Shown: positions 12,210 to 25,602 of the stretch, piece after piece
Layout: every line of letters starts with the position of its first letter
Position numbering within the stretch: the first letter of the stretch is position 1
Source of the DNA: Chiloscyllium plagiosum
Lineage: Eukaryota
DNA length: 64,000 bases
Assembly (NCBI RefSeq): GCF_004010195.1
Contig: NC_057750.1
Span: 1,250,808 to 1,314,807 of the forward strand
Direction: 5' to 3'
The notes under the pieces: model-generated
Database searches by the model: none
What the model saw: the letters and a program-made list of their open reading frames with translations, nothing else
Told to the model about the DNA's origin: nothing
Translations under genes and position numbers: made by a program

Positions 12210-12372
12210 CATCTCTCAGCCCCCCCCGGCCCACAAGCCTCATTCCAGATGAGGGGCTTATGCCTGAAACGTTGACTCTCCTGCTCCTTGGATGCTGCCT
12301 GACCTGCTGTGCTTTTCCAGCACCCCACTCTCGACTCTGATCTCCAGCACATGCAGCCCTCACTTTCTCCTA
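12210..12372 (+). mobile_element. Penelope family 1 terminus, inverted relative to 11170-11290
   Basis: ccagatgaggggcttatgcctgaaacgttgactctcc...ctcactttctcc. Confidence 0.85.
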
Positions 12373-14296
12373 GCTGTCCATACAGTCTTGGCTTTTGGCT
12401 GCAAATCATTCTTTGGTCAATCCGGGGTTCAGAACCAGCCAAGACCCATTCCCTCATTGGTCTGATATCATGCTATTCATGGGTCAATTCCAGTGTCTCT
12501 AAAAAAAAAAAAATGGCATTTAGTGACTAGTTATGCCAAGAAATGTTGGCATATGGTTTATATTTGCAGTTATTCCTGTTTCTATTTAGCATTTAGTTTA
12601 AGAAAGCTGCATAAATATCTGGCTTGGAAGAAGACGGAGAGCTCGGAGGCTCAGAGCCAGGGAGACATCGCCAAACTTGGGGTGGCATTGAGTAGGGCAA
12701 GGGCAGCAGCTGATTCACCCCCTCAGTCAGTGGGTATGGTTCAAAGACCAAAGAATGATTTACCCCTTTAGTCTCAGAAACCAACCTTCCAGTCATGCTC
12801 ACTTCTAACTGCAACTCTGTGGGATCACAGGGAATGCTGAACTTTCCAAATATTGTGGAGGATAGCGGCTAATCCAGGAAGAGTTATGTAGACCGTAAGG
12901 TTAGACTGGATAAGATCGGTCCATCAAGTTTACCTCTCGTGTGTGGGGCTATTGAGTTAACCACCTTGTCTTACTCATTCCAATTGTCTGTCCTTTAAAG
13001 GTCTTATTCTGAGGTAAACCTGCTTCCCTTTTGGAAGACAATAAGATGTAGAAGCAGAAGCAGGCCTTTCAGCCCATCAAGTCTGCTCTGCCATTCAATG
13101 AGACCATGGCTGATCTGATGATCCTCAATGTCCTATGCAGGGTAGTTTGTTGCTCGATTTGAAAGCTGGTATTCTTGCAACTGTCCTGATGAGTAACAGA
13201 CCAAAGCATTTTTTCTAGTCTGTCTCTTACTCAGCAACACCTGAGAGCAAATCATCAGACATTGTATCCTCAGAATTCCTTTGGGATGACAAAGTCCTTG
13301 TCTTCTCTTCACAATAAATCCTGCATATAGTCTTCATCTTTGCTATTATCTAACCAACTTAATACTTGTGCACAAAAGAATTTGAGAATTAAATAAAAGC
13401 AATTATACACACAATGCATTGAAATCCGCAGATTTCTACCAATAAAAGGATGGTAATTTATTCAGAACATCTTTTCCATCAGTAACATCTCTGCCACACT
13501 CTCTGATTATACAATGACCGCCCCATAAACTCCAACCACCTCCCAATACTGTGAATGATAAGAGTCTCAGAAATATCTTAATGCTTCATAACTGTATAAT
13601 TTGAAATTTATGCTGTTCTCAGGCTTTAAATGTGATAAACATCATGGAACAGCTACTCTGTCACCTCATAAAATCAAAAGGCTGTGGATGCAGGAAATCT
13701 ACAATCCAAAGAGGATGTGTTGAAAATACTGAGATACTACTTTGGCACCTGTGGAGAGAACCTTGAGTCTAAAGTTTTACATCAATGGCCCAAAACATTA
13801 ACTCTGTTTCTCTCTCCGCAGACACTGCCAGACCTGTTGAATATTCCCAGTTGTTCCTGGTTCAAACAGCAGTAAAAGGATGTATGCTATACTGTTCAGT
13901 GACAGTGTTAGTAATGTCAGCACTGGTGTAGGTGTAACTCTCAGTGTGAAAACACACCACGTGTTACAGTAAGAGCTGAGCTTCCAGCCCTAGTCCACCC
14001 TCAAGCAACAAAATCAGCCTCAGCACCTGAGCATCAGGATCAGAATCTTGTCATAATTTCACTCTCCTCCACCATCAGACATGAGAGAGGGTGTGATTGT
14101 GTGTTTGTGTGGGACATGGGGAGGGAGGGTTGTGAGATGGAGAATATCCATTCAAGTATGTGTTTGAGGATGCATCTGAGGTCCCAGTGGGTGTAAATGC
14201 ATCTGAGTGTCTGTAGTCATGTACCTGGGTATATCGCTGTGTGGGTGCACCTGAGTCAGTCTGTCTGACTGTGGGGTGTTGGAGTTGTTCTGCACT

Positions 14297-14390
14297 TGTG
14301 TGTGCGTGTGCGTGTGTGTGCGGGCGCGTGTGTGCGCACGTGTGTATGTGTGTGTCTATGTGTATATAGTGTATCTGTGCATGTGTTTAT
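14297..14390. repeat. (TG)/(CG) microsatellite
   Basis: Seen directly. Confidence 0.9.
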
Positions 14391-14887
14391 CTGTAATAAT
14401 TGCAGATTATGGTGGGATTAGCTGTGATGCTTTGTGAATATTCCTTGGCAGTGAGCTAATGAAGTCTGTGAGCCTGAAATCCTGTAATCGGGATGGAGAC
14501 CACTCCTCCAGGGGCACTGACTCCAAATACTTCTCTCCATTTCTGGTTAGGGCAGCATTTATTTCCCATCACTAAATACCCTGGCAAAAGTGGCAGAGAG
14601 CTGCCTTATTAAATTGCTGCTCACTGTGGGATGTATGAAGTCCCACAGAGCTGTAAGGGAGGGTGTTCTGACCCAGTGATAGGGAAGGAACAACAATGTA
14701 TTTTAAAGTCAACTGCAGAATTCTGAGGTACAGAAGGATCTGGGCAATCTAGTACAAAAGTCCAAAATGTTAATGTGCAAAGGCAGCAAGTAAATAAGAA
14801 GTTTAATGCTCTTTTAGATTATGAGGAATTGAATATAAAAGTAACAATGTATTGCTTCAGTTATACAGGGGATTGCAGGCCACCCAG

Positions 14888-15320
14888 AGTCAGTCATCCA
14901 GCACAGAAACAGACCCTTCAGTCCCGTCAGTCTGTGCCAAACATAATCCCAAACTAAACGAGTCCCACCTGCCTGCCTACTCCTGGCCTATATTCTTCCA
15001 AACCTTTCCTATTCAGGTACCAATCCATCAGTCTTTTGAACATTGTAATTGTGTCCATACCCACCCAGGAGTTCATTCCACATGCAAACCATTCTGTCTA
15101 AAACTTTTGCCCCTCATGTCTTTTTTAAATCTCTCTCCTCTCACCTTAAACCTTGTCCTCTAGTGTTGAAATCCCTCATCCTACGGAAAAGACAAGCACC
15201 ATTAAACCTTATCTATATCCCTCCTGATTTTATAAACCTCCATAAGATCAACTCTCAACTCCAGTTAAAAAAGTCCCAGCGTATCCAGCTTTTCCTTATA
15301 ACTCAAACCCTCCATAGCCA
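14888..15320 (-). mobile_element. CR1/HER1 3' fragment
   Basis: Homologous to 53085-53755. Confidence 0.8.
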
Positions 15321-15749
15321 ACAACAACTTGCAGTTTTGATCTCATTATTGCAGGAACTATATAAGTGTACAGGACATGGTTCAGAGGGGGTTAACTGGA
15401 TTGATTCCTGGAAGGACGGGATTGTTTGATGGGGCAAGATTGGACAGACTGGGCTCGTCCCCACTGGGGGTTACAGAGTGAGGGGGTGATCTGATTGAAG
15501 TGTATCAGATCCTGAATGGTCTGGGAAAAGGATGATCCCTCTGGTGGGTCAGTCTGAACTAGGGGTCACTTTAAAAATTAGATGTTGCCTTTTGATGATT
15601 GAGATGAGGATTTTTTTTCTGAGTTCTACAACTTTGGGAATTCCTGTCTCGGGAGGCAGGGTCATTGAGTATTTTTAATGGCCTATTTCTTCCAACCCTT
15701 ATATTTATATGTTCAGAAGACAGGAGGGTGAGTGGGTCAGAGGGGAACT

Positions 15750-16045
15750 TAGAGTCATAGAGATGTACAGCATGGAAACAGACCCTTCGGTCAAACCCGT
15801 CCATGCCAACCAGATATCCCAACCAAATTTAGTCCCACCTGCCAGCACCCGGCCCATATCCCTCCAAACCCTTCCTATTCATATACCCATCCAAATGCCT
15901 CTCAAATGTTGCAATTGTACCAGCTCCCACCATTTTCTCTGGAAGATCATTCCATACCCATACCATCCTCTGTGTGAAAAAGTTGCCACTTAGGTCTCTT
16001 TTATATCTTTCCCCTCTCACCCTAAACCTATACCTTCTAGTTCTT
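15750..16045 (-). mobile_element. CR1/HER1 3' fragment
   Basis: RYRFRVRGERYKRDLSGNFFTQRMV; tgactcta tail. Confidence 0.9.
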
Positions 16046-16052
16046 GCAGGAA

Positions 16053-16590
16053 TGGATGTTCCCATGTAACTGCTGCCCTTGTCCTTCTAGATGGAAGTGG
16101 TCATGGGTTTGGAAGGTGCTGTCTGGGGATCTTTGGTGAGTTTCTGCAGTGCATCTTGTAGATGGTGCACACTGCTGCTACTGAGCGTTGTTGGGGGAGG
16201 GAGAGGATGTTTGTGGATGTGATGCCAATCAAGTGGGGGCTGCTTTGTCCCTGGATGGTGTTGAGCTTCTTGCGTGTTTGTTGGAGCTGCCCACATCCAG
16301 AGCAAGTGGGGAGTATTCCCTCACACTACTGACTTGTGCCTTGTAGATAGTGGATAGGCTTTGGAGGGGGGGGGGGGGTCAGGAGGGGAGTTACTCACCT
16401 CAGTATTCCCAGCCTCTGATCTGCTCTTGAGTCATGATATTCATATGAGACCAGTTGGGTTTCTGGTTAATGGTAACCCTGGGGGCATTGACAGTGAGGG
16501 ATTTATTGATACCAATGCCATTGACTGTGAAAGGGCAATGGTTATATTTTCTTCTTAAAGATGGTTATTACCTTCCATTAGCATGACAGA
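16053..16590 (-). mobile_element. LINE family B fragment
   Basis: Homologous to 34778-35230. Confidence 0.85.
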
Positions 16591-16610
16591 GATGTCTCTT
16601 GGTTTAAGGT

Positions 16611-16709
16611 TTAGATTATATTACAGTGTGGAAACAGGCCCTTCGGCCCAACAAGTCCACACCGACCCGCCGAAGCGAAACCCACCCATTCCCCTACATT
16701 TACCCCTTA
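16611..16709 (-). mobile_element. Young HE1 SINE 3' fragment flanked by an 82-84 bp direct duplication
   Basis: Matches 59295-59400; flanks 16527-16610 and 16710-16791 are nearly identical. Confidence 0.85.
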
Positions 16710-16780
16710 GTGAAAGGGCAATGGTTATATTTTCTTCTTAGAGATGGTTATTACCTTCCATTAGCATGACAGATGTCTCT

Positions 16781-17055
16781 TGGTTTAAGGTGAAAGAGGG
16801 AAACGTGTAAAAAGGACCCGAGGAGTAACTTTATCACGCAGAGAGTGGTGCGTGTGTGAAACGGGCTGCCAGAGGAGGTGGTGGAGGCTGGTACAATTAT
16901 AACATTTAATGGGCATCTGGATGGATATATGAACAGGAAGGGTTTAGAGGGATATGGGCCAAATGCTGGCAAATGGGTCTAGATCAGATTGGGATTTCTG
17001 GTCGGCATGGACGAGTTGAACTGAAGGGTCTATTTCTGTGCTAAACGGCTCTACT
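16781..17055 (+). mobile_element. CR1/HER1 3' fragment
   Basis: gctgccagaggaggtggtggaggctggtacaatt...gggtctatttctgtgct. Confidence 0.9.
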
Positions 17056-17863
17056 GCATGGCTTGATCTTCATGGTAGAGTGGGGGATATATTGGACTAT
17101 GAGTTGAAAGGTTACAGTTGAATATGATTCTACTGTCCCAGTTGTGATGACTCACAGTGCCTCAAAGATGCTGAGTCTTGAGTTGGATTCCAATGGCATA
17201 TACTGAGATGAGGTCAATTCACCAACACAGACAACAGGCTCCTAGTGTGTACAGTCCAGTAGCGCATCAGGTAACCACTAATCAGTCAGTTATAATGGGA
17301 TTGGTATTTCCCCTCTGTGCAGATATAAAGGAACTGTCAAAAGTTCACTGTCCAGAAAACCACTCTATCAATCCAATCTTTGTTGGCTCCTCAAACCTAT
17401 TGAGGCTGTACATCCAACAGATTCCAACCCACAGGATCTGACCTTTAAAACTTGCTCCAGTTCCTGTACAATGAAGCACTATCATTGAAGGTTATTGCAA
17501 TCATAAATAGGCTGTCAAATCACAATTGCAATGCCAGAGAAATGTCGGAGCAACATACATAATTAAAGAAGGTATCAAAATCCAGGGAACTTTTACTTCA
17601 TTGGAATTCTCTCCCCAGTTGAAAAGGATTAGGGTGGAGTTAAAGGTGCTGTCAATCCAATCCCATCAATCCCCAGTGACCATGTTCCTGTGGGACAGTT
17701 TCTCTGCTTGTGAATGAAACATTGGTATTCAAAGAAAGAAAGGGCTTCCATCTATTCAGAGACTTGTACAATCTTTGAGCATTCTGAATGTGCTTAACAT
17801 CTAGCGTGGAGCCTCTGCAGTGCTGTCACTGTTCTTGTGTAAGAATCTTGACAACCTATCTGT

Positions 17864-18200
17864 GGGCAGCACGGTGGCTCAGTGGTTAGCACTGCTGCCT
17901 CACAGCACCAGGGACCCAGCTTGGATTCTACCTTCGGGCGACTGTGGAGTTTGCACAATCTCCCTGTGTTCCAGGTTTCATCCAGCTGCTCTCGTTCCAT
18001 CCCACAGCCCAAAGATGTGCAGGTTAGGGTGCATGGGCCATGCTAGCTTGCCTATACTATCCAGGGATGTGCAGGCTAGGTGACGTAGCCATGGGAAATG
18101 CAGGGTTACAGGGATAGGATAGGGGGTTGCATCTGAGTGGGATGCTCTTCAGATGGTCAGTGTGAACTCAATGAGCTAAATGGCCTGTTTCCAGAGTGTG
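17864..18200 (+). mobile_element. HE1-type V-SINE
   Basis: gggcagcacggtggctcagtggttagcactgc head, V-domain and tail. Confidence 0.9.
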
Positions 18201-18684
18201 AAGTTGCCCACAACAATCACTCCAGTGGGATAAATGACCACATCATTAGTTTCCTTCCTGTTGATGAAGAGATAAATATTGGCCATGACTCTGGGCAGAA
18301 CTCTCTCACCCTCCTTTCAACTCATGCTGTGAAGGCAGGGAAGTTTCTTAGGAAGACAGAGACATGATTGTTTTGATCCAATTCCTAGCCCCGTTTTGGG
18401 AATGCTGCCATGTGCTGACCCAATCTGGGTGTGATCCCAAGAACCATCTGAAGTTTAGTCTTGTCTTCCTACAAAACAGAGACCTAACTATTTGTTGAAC
18501 AACTATCAATGACTGCAAGGGCAGTTGGGTGGAATGGCCAGGCAGCTGTCCGGTAACATTTATTGCTGAGAAACCCAAACTGATACATTTTGGCAAGAAC
18601 CCAGACAAGGGGGCCACAGGAACATCGAGATCTGGGGGTAACCGTACACATGTTATTGGTAAGGCAGCTTGAGAGAGTTCTTTA

Positions 18685-19003
18685 AAATTTATTCCTGGGA
18701 TGAGGGTGTCACTGGCTGGGCCAGCATTTATTACCCGTCCCTAATTGCCCCTTGAGATGGTGGGGTGAGCTGCCTTCCTTAACCACTGCAGTCCTGTAGG
18801 TAGACCCACAATATCCTTAGGGTGGGAATTTCAGAATATTGACCCAGCAACAGTGAGGGAAAGGTGATATATTTTCAAGTCAAGATAGTGAGTGGTTTGG
18901 AGGGGAATTTGCAGGGGGTGGTGATCCCATGTATCTGCTGCCCTTGTCCTTCAAGATGGAAGTGGTCGTGGGTTTGGAAGGTGCTGTTTGAGGATCTTTG
19001 GTG
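18685..19003 (-). mobile_element. LINE family B 3' end
   Basis: ccagcatttattacccgtccctaattgccc tail plus ORF C-terminus. Confidence 0.85.
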
Positions 19004-20369
19004 AAAATTGTGTAAATATTAAACAAAATTCCTTTCTCACCACTTTCACAGACAAAAGGTAGTTTCTTGTCCAAGAGATGCACCTTCCTGACCTCCCATT
19101 TCACTTGGAACTATTTCCATCTCTCTCTCTTCCATTCTTAATACCCTGGTCAGTTCTCCTATGTACTGATTTTGTTTTTTTTTTCTGGTAAAGCTTTCTC
19201 ACACAGCCTTCCTCACATTCCTATAGTGTTGGACCCAGTTGGAGTGCACTACCCTATCTGTTGGGAACTGCAATTGTACAAATTGAATCAAGCATGACAC
19301 TGGGCATCAAGCTGGCATGGGCATCTGTTTAATAACTTATACCTGAATTATTTAGGATTAAAACAAGTTGTAAATATTTTTGTGGGTCAGCCATTTGACT
19401 GAATTACTTAATGTTCTGCTGAAAATGCTAATTTGACTTTCTCACATCCCCTAAGGCTCCATCAATGTAAATGCACAGACTGCCCATGTGTCTGAAACAC
19501 CGAGAGCAGTGTTCCAGACTGGCCCTTAGCTCAGTTTATCACCACTTGTGCAGTGAATAGGCGCTAAAGTAACGTTATTCTCAAGAAAAAAAATCATCCA
19601 GCTTTCAGACTTAGTGATCAGATTAACTGGTGGTTAACCAGCCCAACCAGTCACTGACCAGTGAACTTTTCATTGGCCACAATGACTTTGGACTTTAAAA
19701 AAGGGGGTACTTTCTAAACAATGTGAACCTCAAAACAATGGACGTCCAAAGAGACCTGGGGGTCCAAGTACATGAATTATTAAAATGTCCCGAGCTGATC
19801 TGGGACATGATCCAAATAGCGAGTGGAACGCCAGTCTTTTATTTTCATGGAGAACTAGACTATAAGGGATAAAAGTCACATTTCAGTGAGACAGAGCCCT
19901 GGTTTGAACTTACCTTGAGACCACACTCTGAGCTGTTCTGATCTTATGGAGTTTATCTGGTGCTTAGAGGAAGGCTGGTGTGGATGTGTTAAAATGATGC
20001 CTAAACTCCATTTAAACAGGGGGCAGGAGGAGGCCATTCAGCCCTCGACCTTCTGCACCATTCAATCAGATCACAGTCAATCTGATTGTAAACTTAAATC
20101 CATACTCCCGTTTACCCCCTGATAACCTTTCAAGAACCCGCCCCCCCACTTGCCTAACTAGGATCCATTGACCTGGGCTCGAAAAATATTTAAGCCCTCT
20201 GCTTCCACCCTCTATTCAAGGTCACATGATCGTCCAACAGAAATAAAATCGCGATTTTAAATGAGCAACTCCTGATTTTTAAAAACTGACCCCTGGATCT
20301 AGGTCCTCTCTCAGGAGAAATTATCCTTTGCTCCAGATGCCTCAAGGTAGTCTCTTTCAATCAAATTGG

Positions 20370-20680
20370 CTGCCAGTGGTTAGCACTGCTGTCTCCCAGT
20401 GCCAGGGACCCAGGTTCAATTCCAGCCTCGGATGACTGTCTGTGTGGAGTTTGCACATTCTCCCAGTGTCTGCGTGGGTTTGCTCCCACAGTCCAAAGAT
20501 GTGCAGGTTAGGGGTGGATTGACCATGTTAAACTGTCCATTGTGTCCAGGGGTGTGCAGTCTAGGTGGGTTAGCCATGGGAAATGCAGGGATAGGGTAGG
20601 GGTGGGTCTGGAATGCACTTCAGAGGGTCAGTGTGGACTCGATGGGCTGAATGGACTGCTTCCAAACTGTAGGAATGCTG
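20370..20680 (+). mobile_element. HE1-type V-SINE
   Basis: B box ggttcaattcc, V-domain and tail. Confidence 0.85.
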
Positions 20681-21619
20681 AATTCTACATCACCTCTGAT
20701 TCTTCAAACTCCAATGGTTAGAAACCCAGTCTGTCCATCCATTTCTCAAAAGAAAACCCATCCCATTCCCTTAATCTCTGAGCCTCCTCCAGTATCTCCA
20801 ACTCCTTCCTAAAATAGGGTTACTCCAGACACTGTTCCCCGCCCCCCCACCCCCTCCCCACCCTCCAGTGTCCTGTATAATGATGAGCATTTCAACAAAG
20901 TAGGGTTGTTCCCGCTGGGATTTTCAAGACAGCGGATTGCCTTGATCAAAGTTTTCAGAAGGTGAAGGTGAATCGATGGAATAGATTGGTCGGGGAAGCT
21001 AAGGTGGGGCAGGGCAGAGTGTGAAATCTGGAGCACTGTCTTAAAGATGCAGAGTTGGAAAATACTGAGCACGCCAAGAGTGACAGAACATTGGAACCCT
21101 CACCCATAAATGGCAAAGCCAGATCAGTTAGATTTTAAAATGGGGGGGTTGAAAGCTTTTTGTGAACCAAATATATTGCAGGACGAAGATGCGTATATAG
21201 AATTAGGTTACGGATTAACCGCTGTCCCATCAAATAGCAGAATTTGAGGGGCTGGATGGCCTGGTCCTATTCCGATTATCCTATCTCCCACCTGCTCACT
21301 TAACCGTGTGACTGAGAATATCTTTCACTTAACAAAAATGTATCTAATTCAGATTTAAAATTATCAGCTGGCTCAACTGTTAGTGGGAGAGAGTTCCAAA
21401 CCTCTCCCAGTCTTTGTAAGTGCATATCTCTCCTGAACTCTCTGGTCCTCATTCTCAGACCATGCCCCTAGTTCTAGAGTTTTTAATCTAGTTCTAGAAT
21501 CCTCAACTAGTGGAAGTAGTTTATCTTTATCAACCCCGTTAATATCTTTTCCTGTTAATATTCCACACAGACAGTCACCCGAGGCTGGAATCAAACCCAG
21601 GTCCCTGGCACTGAGGCAA

Positions 21620-22178
21620 GATTGGTCTCCTTCCTATTGTGTGCAGTTCTGGTCTCCTTGTTATTGGAAAGGTGTTGTGAAACTTGAAAGGGTTCAGAAA
21701 AGACTTACAAGGATGATGCCAGGTTTCAAGGGTTTGAACTATAGGGAGACGCTGAACAGGCTGGGACTGTTTTCCCTGGAGCGTCAGAGGCTGAGAAGTG
21801 ACCTTATAGAGGTTTATAAAATCATGAGGGCCCTAGGATAGGGTAAAAAGACAAAGTCTTTTCCCTGGGATTGGGGAGTCCAGAACTAGAGGGCCTAGGT
21901 TTAGGGTGAGGGGAAAGATATAAGAGACCTAAGGGGCAACGTTTTCACGCAGAGGGTGGTACTGGTTTGGAATGAGATGCCAGAGGAGGTGGTGGAGGCT
22001 GGTACAATTACAACATTTAAAAGGCATTTGGATGGGTATATGAATAGGAAGGGTTTGGAGGGATATGGGCCAGGTGCAGACAGGGTGGGACTAGATTGGG
22101 TTAGGATATCTGGTCGGCATGGATGGGTTGGACCGAAGGGTCTGTTTCCATGCTGTACATCTCTCTGACTCTCTATGA
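21620..22178 (+). mobile_element. CR1/HER1 3' fragment
   Basis: QFWSPCY..LERVQKRLTRMMPG..LFSLE; ctctgactctctatgact tail. Confidence 0.92.
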
Positions 22179-22224
22179 CTAAGAATGCTCCCCACTGAGC
22201 CACCATGCCACCCTTAATGGGAGT

Positions 22225-22478
22225 GCAGTTAAGAGTCAGCCACATTGCTGTGGGTCTGGAGTCACATGTAGACCGGTCTGGGTCATAACGGCAGATTTCC
22301 CTGCTGTAAAGGGATGGGTCTTCACACCAATGATGGACATTAGGATCGCTTTTAATTCCAGATTTTTAAAAAACTTGATTTCAAATTTCACTCTATGCCA
22401 TGATGGGATTTGAATGCCTATCTTTGGAACATTAGCTAGGGTTTTAGAATGTGAGTCCAGTGACACTGCCTCCCCTTA
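22225..22478 (-). mobile_element. SINE family B
   Basis: gcagttaagagtcagccacattgctgtgggtctggagtcacatgtag. Confidence 0.75.
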
Positions 22479-23164
22479 ACTTCCAAAACGTCCTGCTGAG
22501 TCCCCATCTCCTCTAAAAACCTCTGTATCTTTTGGCTGTGATTATATCCCGAACACACCATCTCTCTCCATGCCTCCCTACTCCATTTCTGCTCAGTGTT
22601 TGCTGTTGTGTCCTAATATACACCCTGAGTTTTTCTCCTGAAGACGGAGAGCACTATAAAACAAATTATGAGTAATTGTTGTTATTATGGCTCATGGAGA
22701 CCATTTTATTGAGACAAATATTGAAGTGAGTCAATAGCTGCAGGAGAGAATGGAGCAAAACTTCCAGCACCAGTGGAAACAACAGGCTCATTTGAGTTCC
22801 TCAAGATCAGTTCAAGGTCACAGACCAAAATTTACTGCATTAAGTTGAAACTGCAGCTCCTGTTTTTAATTAATGCAAGGAATGTTAGGTAATGTTCCAT
22901 ATTATTAGCTTGGATGAAGGTAGGTTGAGTCTGATTTTTGTCATTTTAAGGCTGTCTGGACTGTGTGTCTCACTGTCCCCAAAGTATAGAGCAGGATATC
23001 TTAAAAAAAAAATAGAACAATAGTGGAGTCATGGCACAGAAAGAGACCAGTCGGCCCACCATGCCTAGACTGGCTAAATAAACGAGCCGCCCACTTACGA
23101 TCTCTTGGTCTGTTGCCTTGCAGATTGTGGCATTTCAGGTGCAGATCCCAGATTCTTCTTTAGG

Positions 23165-23392
23165 TGAGACAGCGAGGACTGCAGATGCTGGAGATCAGAG
23201 TTGAGTGTGGTGCTGGAAATGCACAGCAGGTCAGGCAGCATCCGAGGAGCAGGAGAATCGATGTTTCGGGCCGGAGCCCTTCATCAGGATTCCTGATTCC
23301 TGATGAAGGGTTTATATCCAAAATGATGATTCTCCTGCTCCTCGGATGCTGCCTGACCTGCTGTACTTTTCCAACTATACACTCTCAACTCT
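23165..23392. mobile_element. Palindromic Penelope family 1 mini-element
   Basis: Inverted arms joined at catcaggattcctgattcctgatg; hammerhead cores on both strands, the plus copy decayed. Confidence 0.85.
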
Positions 23393-23884
23393 ATTTTTTT
23401 TAAGTGAGTTGAGTGTTTCCACCTCAACCGCAAACCATACAGGGAATTGCAGAAATCTGTCGCTCTCTGGATGTTCCTTCTGATCTTTCTATCAATCACC
23501 CTAAATGTGTGTCCTTGCTGATTGACCCCTCTGCTAGGAGAAGCCCTCTTCCCTGTCTACTCTAGTCAGACCACCTTGATTTTTTAAAAAACATTTCTAA
23601 GGAAAACAGCCCTAACCTATTCAATCTTGCCTCATACCTGCAGTTTTTAAACCCTGGCAACACTCTTGTAAATCTCCTCTGTAACCTCTTCAGAACATTT
23701 CTGTCCTTCCTGCAATGTCTACACAACCCTACCTGTGGCCTAACCATTAACGTGTTTAGCTCCAACATTGCATCTCTGCTCTTTCATTTAATACCTTGCC
23801 ATTTGAAGGAAAGCATCCCATACACCTTCTTTATTTACCTTTTCTTTCCACCTTCAGGGACCTGTGGACATACAGAGAAAGTGA

Positions 23885-24175
23885 CCAGCGACCCAGGTAA
23901 TTTTCTGGGGACCTGGGTTCAAATCCTGCCAGTGCAGATGGTGGAATTTAAATTCAATAAAAATCAGGAATTGTCTAATGATGACCATGAAACCATTGTT
24001 AGAAAAAAAAACCCCATCAGGGTCACTAATGTCCTTTAGGGAAGGAAACTGCCATCCTTACCTGATTGGGCCTACATGTGACTCCAGACCCACCGCAATA
24101 CCCTCTGGGCAGTTATGGATGGGTAATAAATGCTGGCCGAGCCAGCGATGCCCTCCTCTTCTGAATCAATAAAAA
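23885..24175 (+). mobile_element. SINE family B
   Basis: B box gggttcaaatcc; tail ggatgggtaataaatgctggccgagccagcgatgccc shared with LINE family B. Confidence 0.85.
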
Positions 24176-24430
24176 TAATGAGAGCAGCCCTATGATCTGG
24201 TATGACTACGATGACTATAACTTTACCTCCTCTCCCCCTCTCATTACCCTCTCATTTACTGCATATTCCCCCTTTTTTTTTTTGTTCCCCTCCAAATGCA
24301 TAACCTCGCACTTCTCCAGGTTGAATTCCATTTGCCACTTTTGTAACCTCCTCAACCACATCAGTGATATGATCCCGGCTAACCCCTTCACTATCAATGA
24401 TCCTTCACAGAATGATCACCAAACTGAACG

Positions 24431-24673
24431 AGGAGAAAGTGAGGACTCCAGATGCTGGAGATCAGAGCTGAAAATGTGTTGCTGGAAAAGCACAGCAGGT
24501 CAGGCAGCATCCGAGGAGCAGGAAAATTGATGTTTCGGTCATAAGTCCTTCATCAGGAATCCGGCTGTTTCCCGAAATGTTGATTTTCCTGCTGCTTGGA
24601 TGCTGCCTGACCTGCTTTTCCAGCAACATTCTGAGCTTGACTCTGATTTTCAGCATCTGCAGTCCTCTCTCCT
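24431..24673. mobile_element. Palindromic Penelope family 1 mini-element
   Basis: aggagaaagtgaggact...catcaggaatc|...cccgaaatgttg...cagtcctctctcct. Confidence 0.85.
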
Positions 24674-25602
24674 ACTGAGCAGAAAGAAGCTATTCAGCCC
24701 ACTGGGCCTGCACTGGCTCTTCCAATGTGCATCATCACCTGGTGCCAATCTGCTGCTCTCTCCCCATACCCTTCCCATCCAAATAACCATCCAATACCCT
24801 TCTTGATTGCTTTACCTGAATCTACCTCCACCACGTTCCCAGGCAGTATATTCCTAACCACTAACTGAGTGAAAACGTTTTTCTGTTCCCTTCATATTAT
24901 TACCCTTGCTTCTTTAATCCAGAGGTCCTTCCCACCCCAACGCTGTGACATCCTGCACAGGGAGTGGGAAATCAGATCCTGAATCCACCCGGGGATTGAA
25001 CCACATTGTAGGCACCAATCTGATCCTCCTCCTGTCCAACCAACGGGACCCTTTAAGGAGTTACTACATGTCTGTGTCAGCATACAATTTAAATGCATGT
25101 TGCCACTTTGAGCAATGGACAATGACAGTCTAGATTCTCTGACCAAGAAACTCTACCCCTCTCATCACCTGCCAATGGGAAGTGGCGGAAGGATTGTTTT
25201 GGCTGCATTATGAACACATCTGTTGGCCACCAAGTCCAGGAGTGGAACCTGAACCCAGAGCTCCTTGCTCAGAGACATTACCCACTGCAACACAAGGAAT
25301 GCAGCTATAGTGTTAACTGAAAGCATAAAATAACACTGCCAAAAAATTCAATCCTTCATTTGGAGAATAGTTTCTAAATTGTTCCCTGACTGAAAATATC
25401 TTAAGTCAGCAAAAAAAAAAGCCAGATTTCAGATTTTGAGTCTCTGCTGTTTTAAAAACCTCAATGTCAGAGCCCCCTGACAGGAATAAAACATCCGAAC
25501 ATCTTTAAGTACATGTGTGCACTGTCATCATTCTGCTGAGTCTTTGAATCAGCTCTTTGACAGGGAGAGTTGTTGGATTGACAAATGTAAAGTCACTCGT
25601 TG

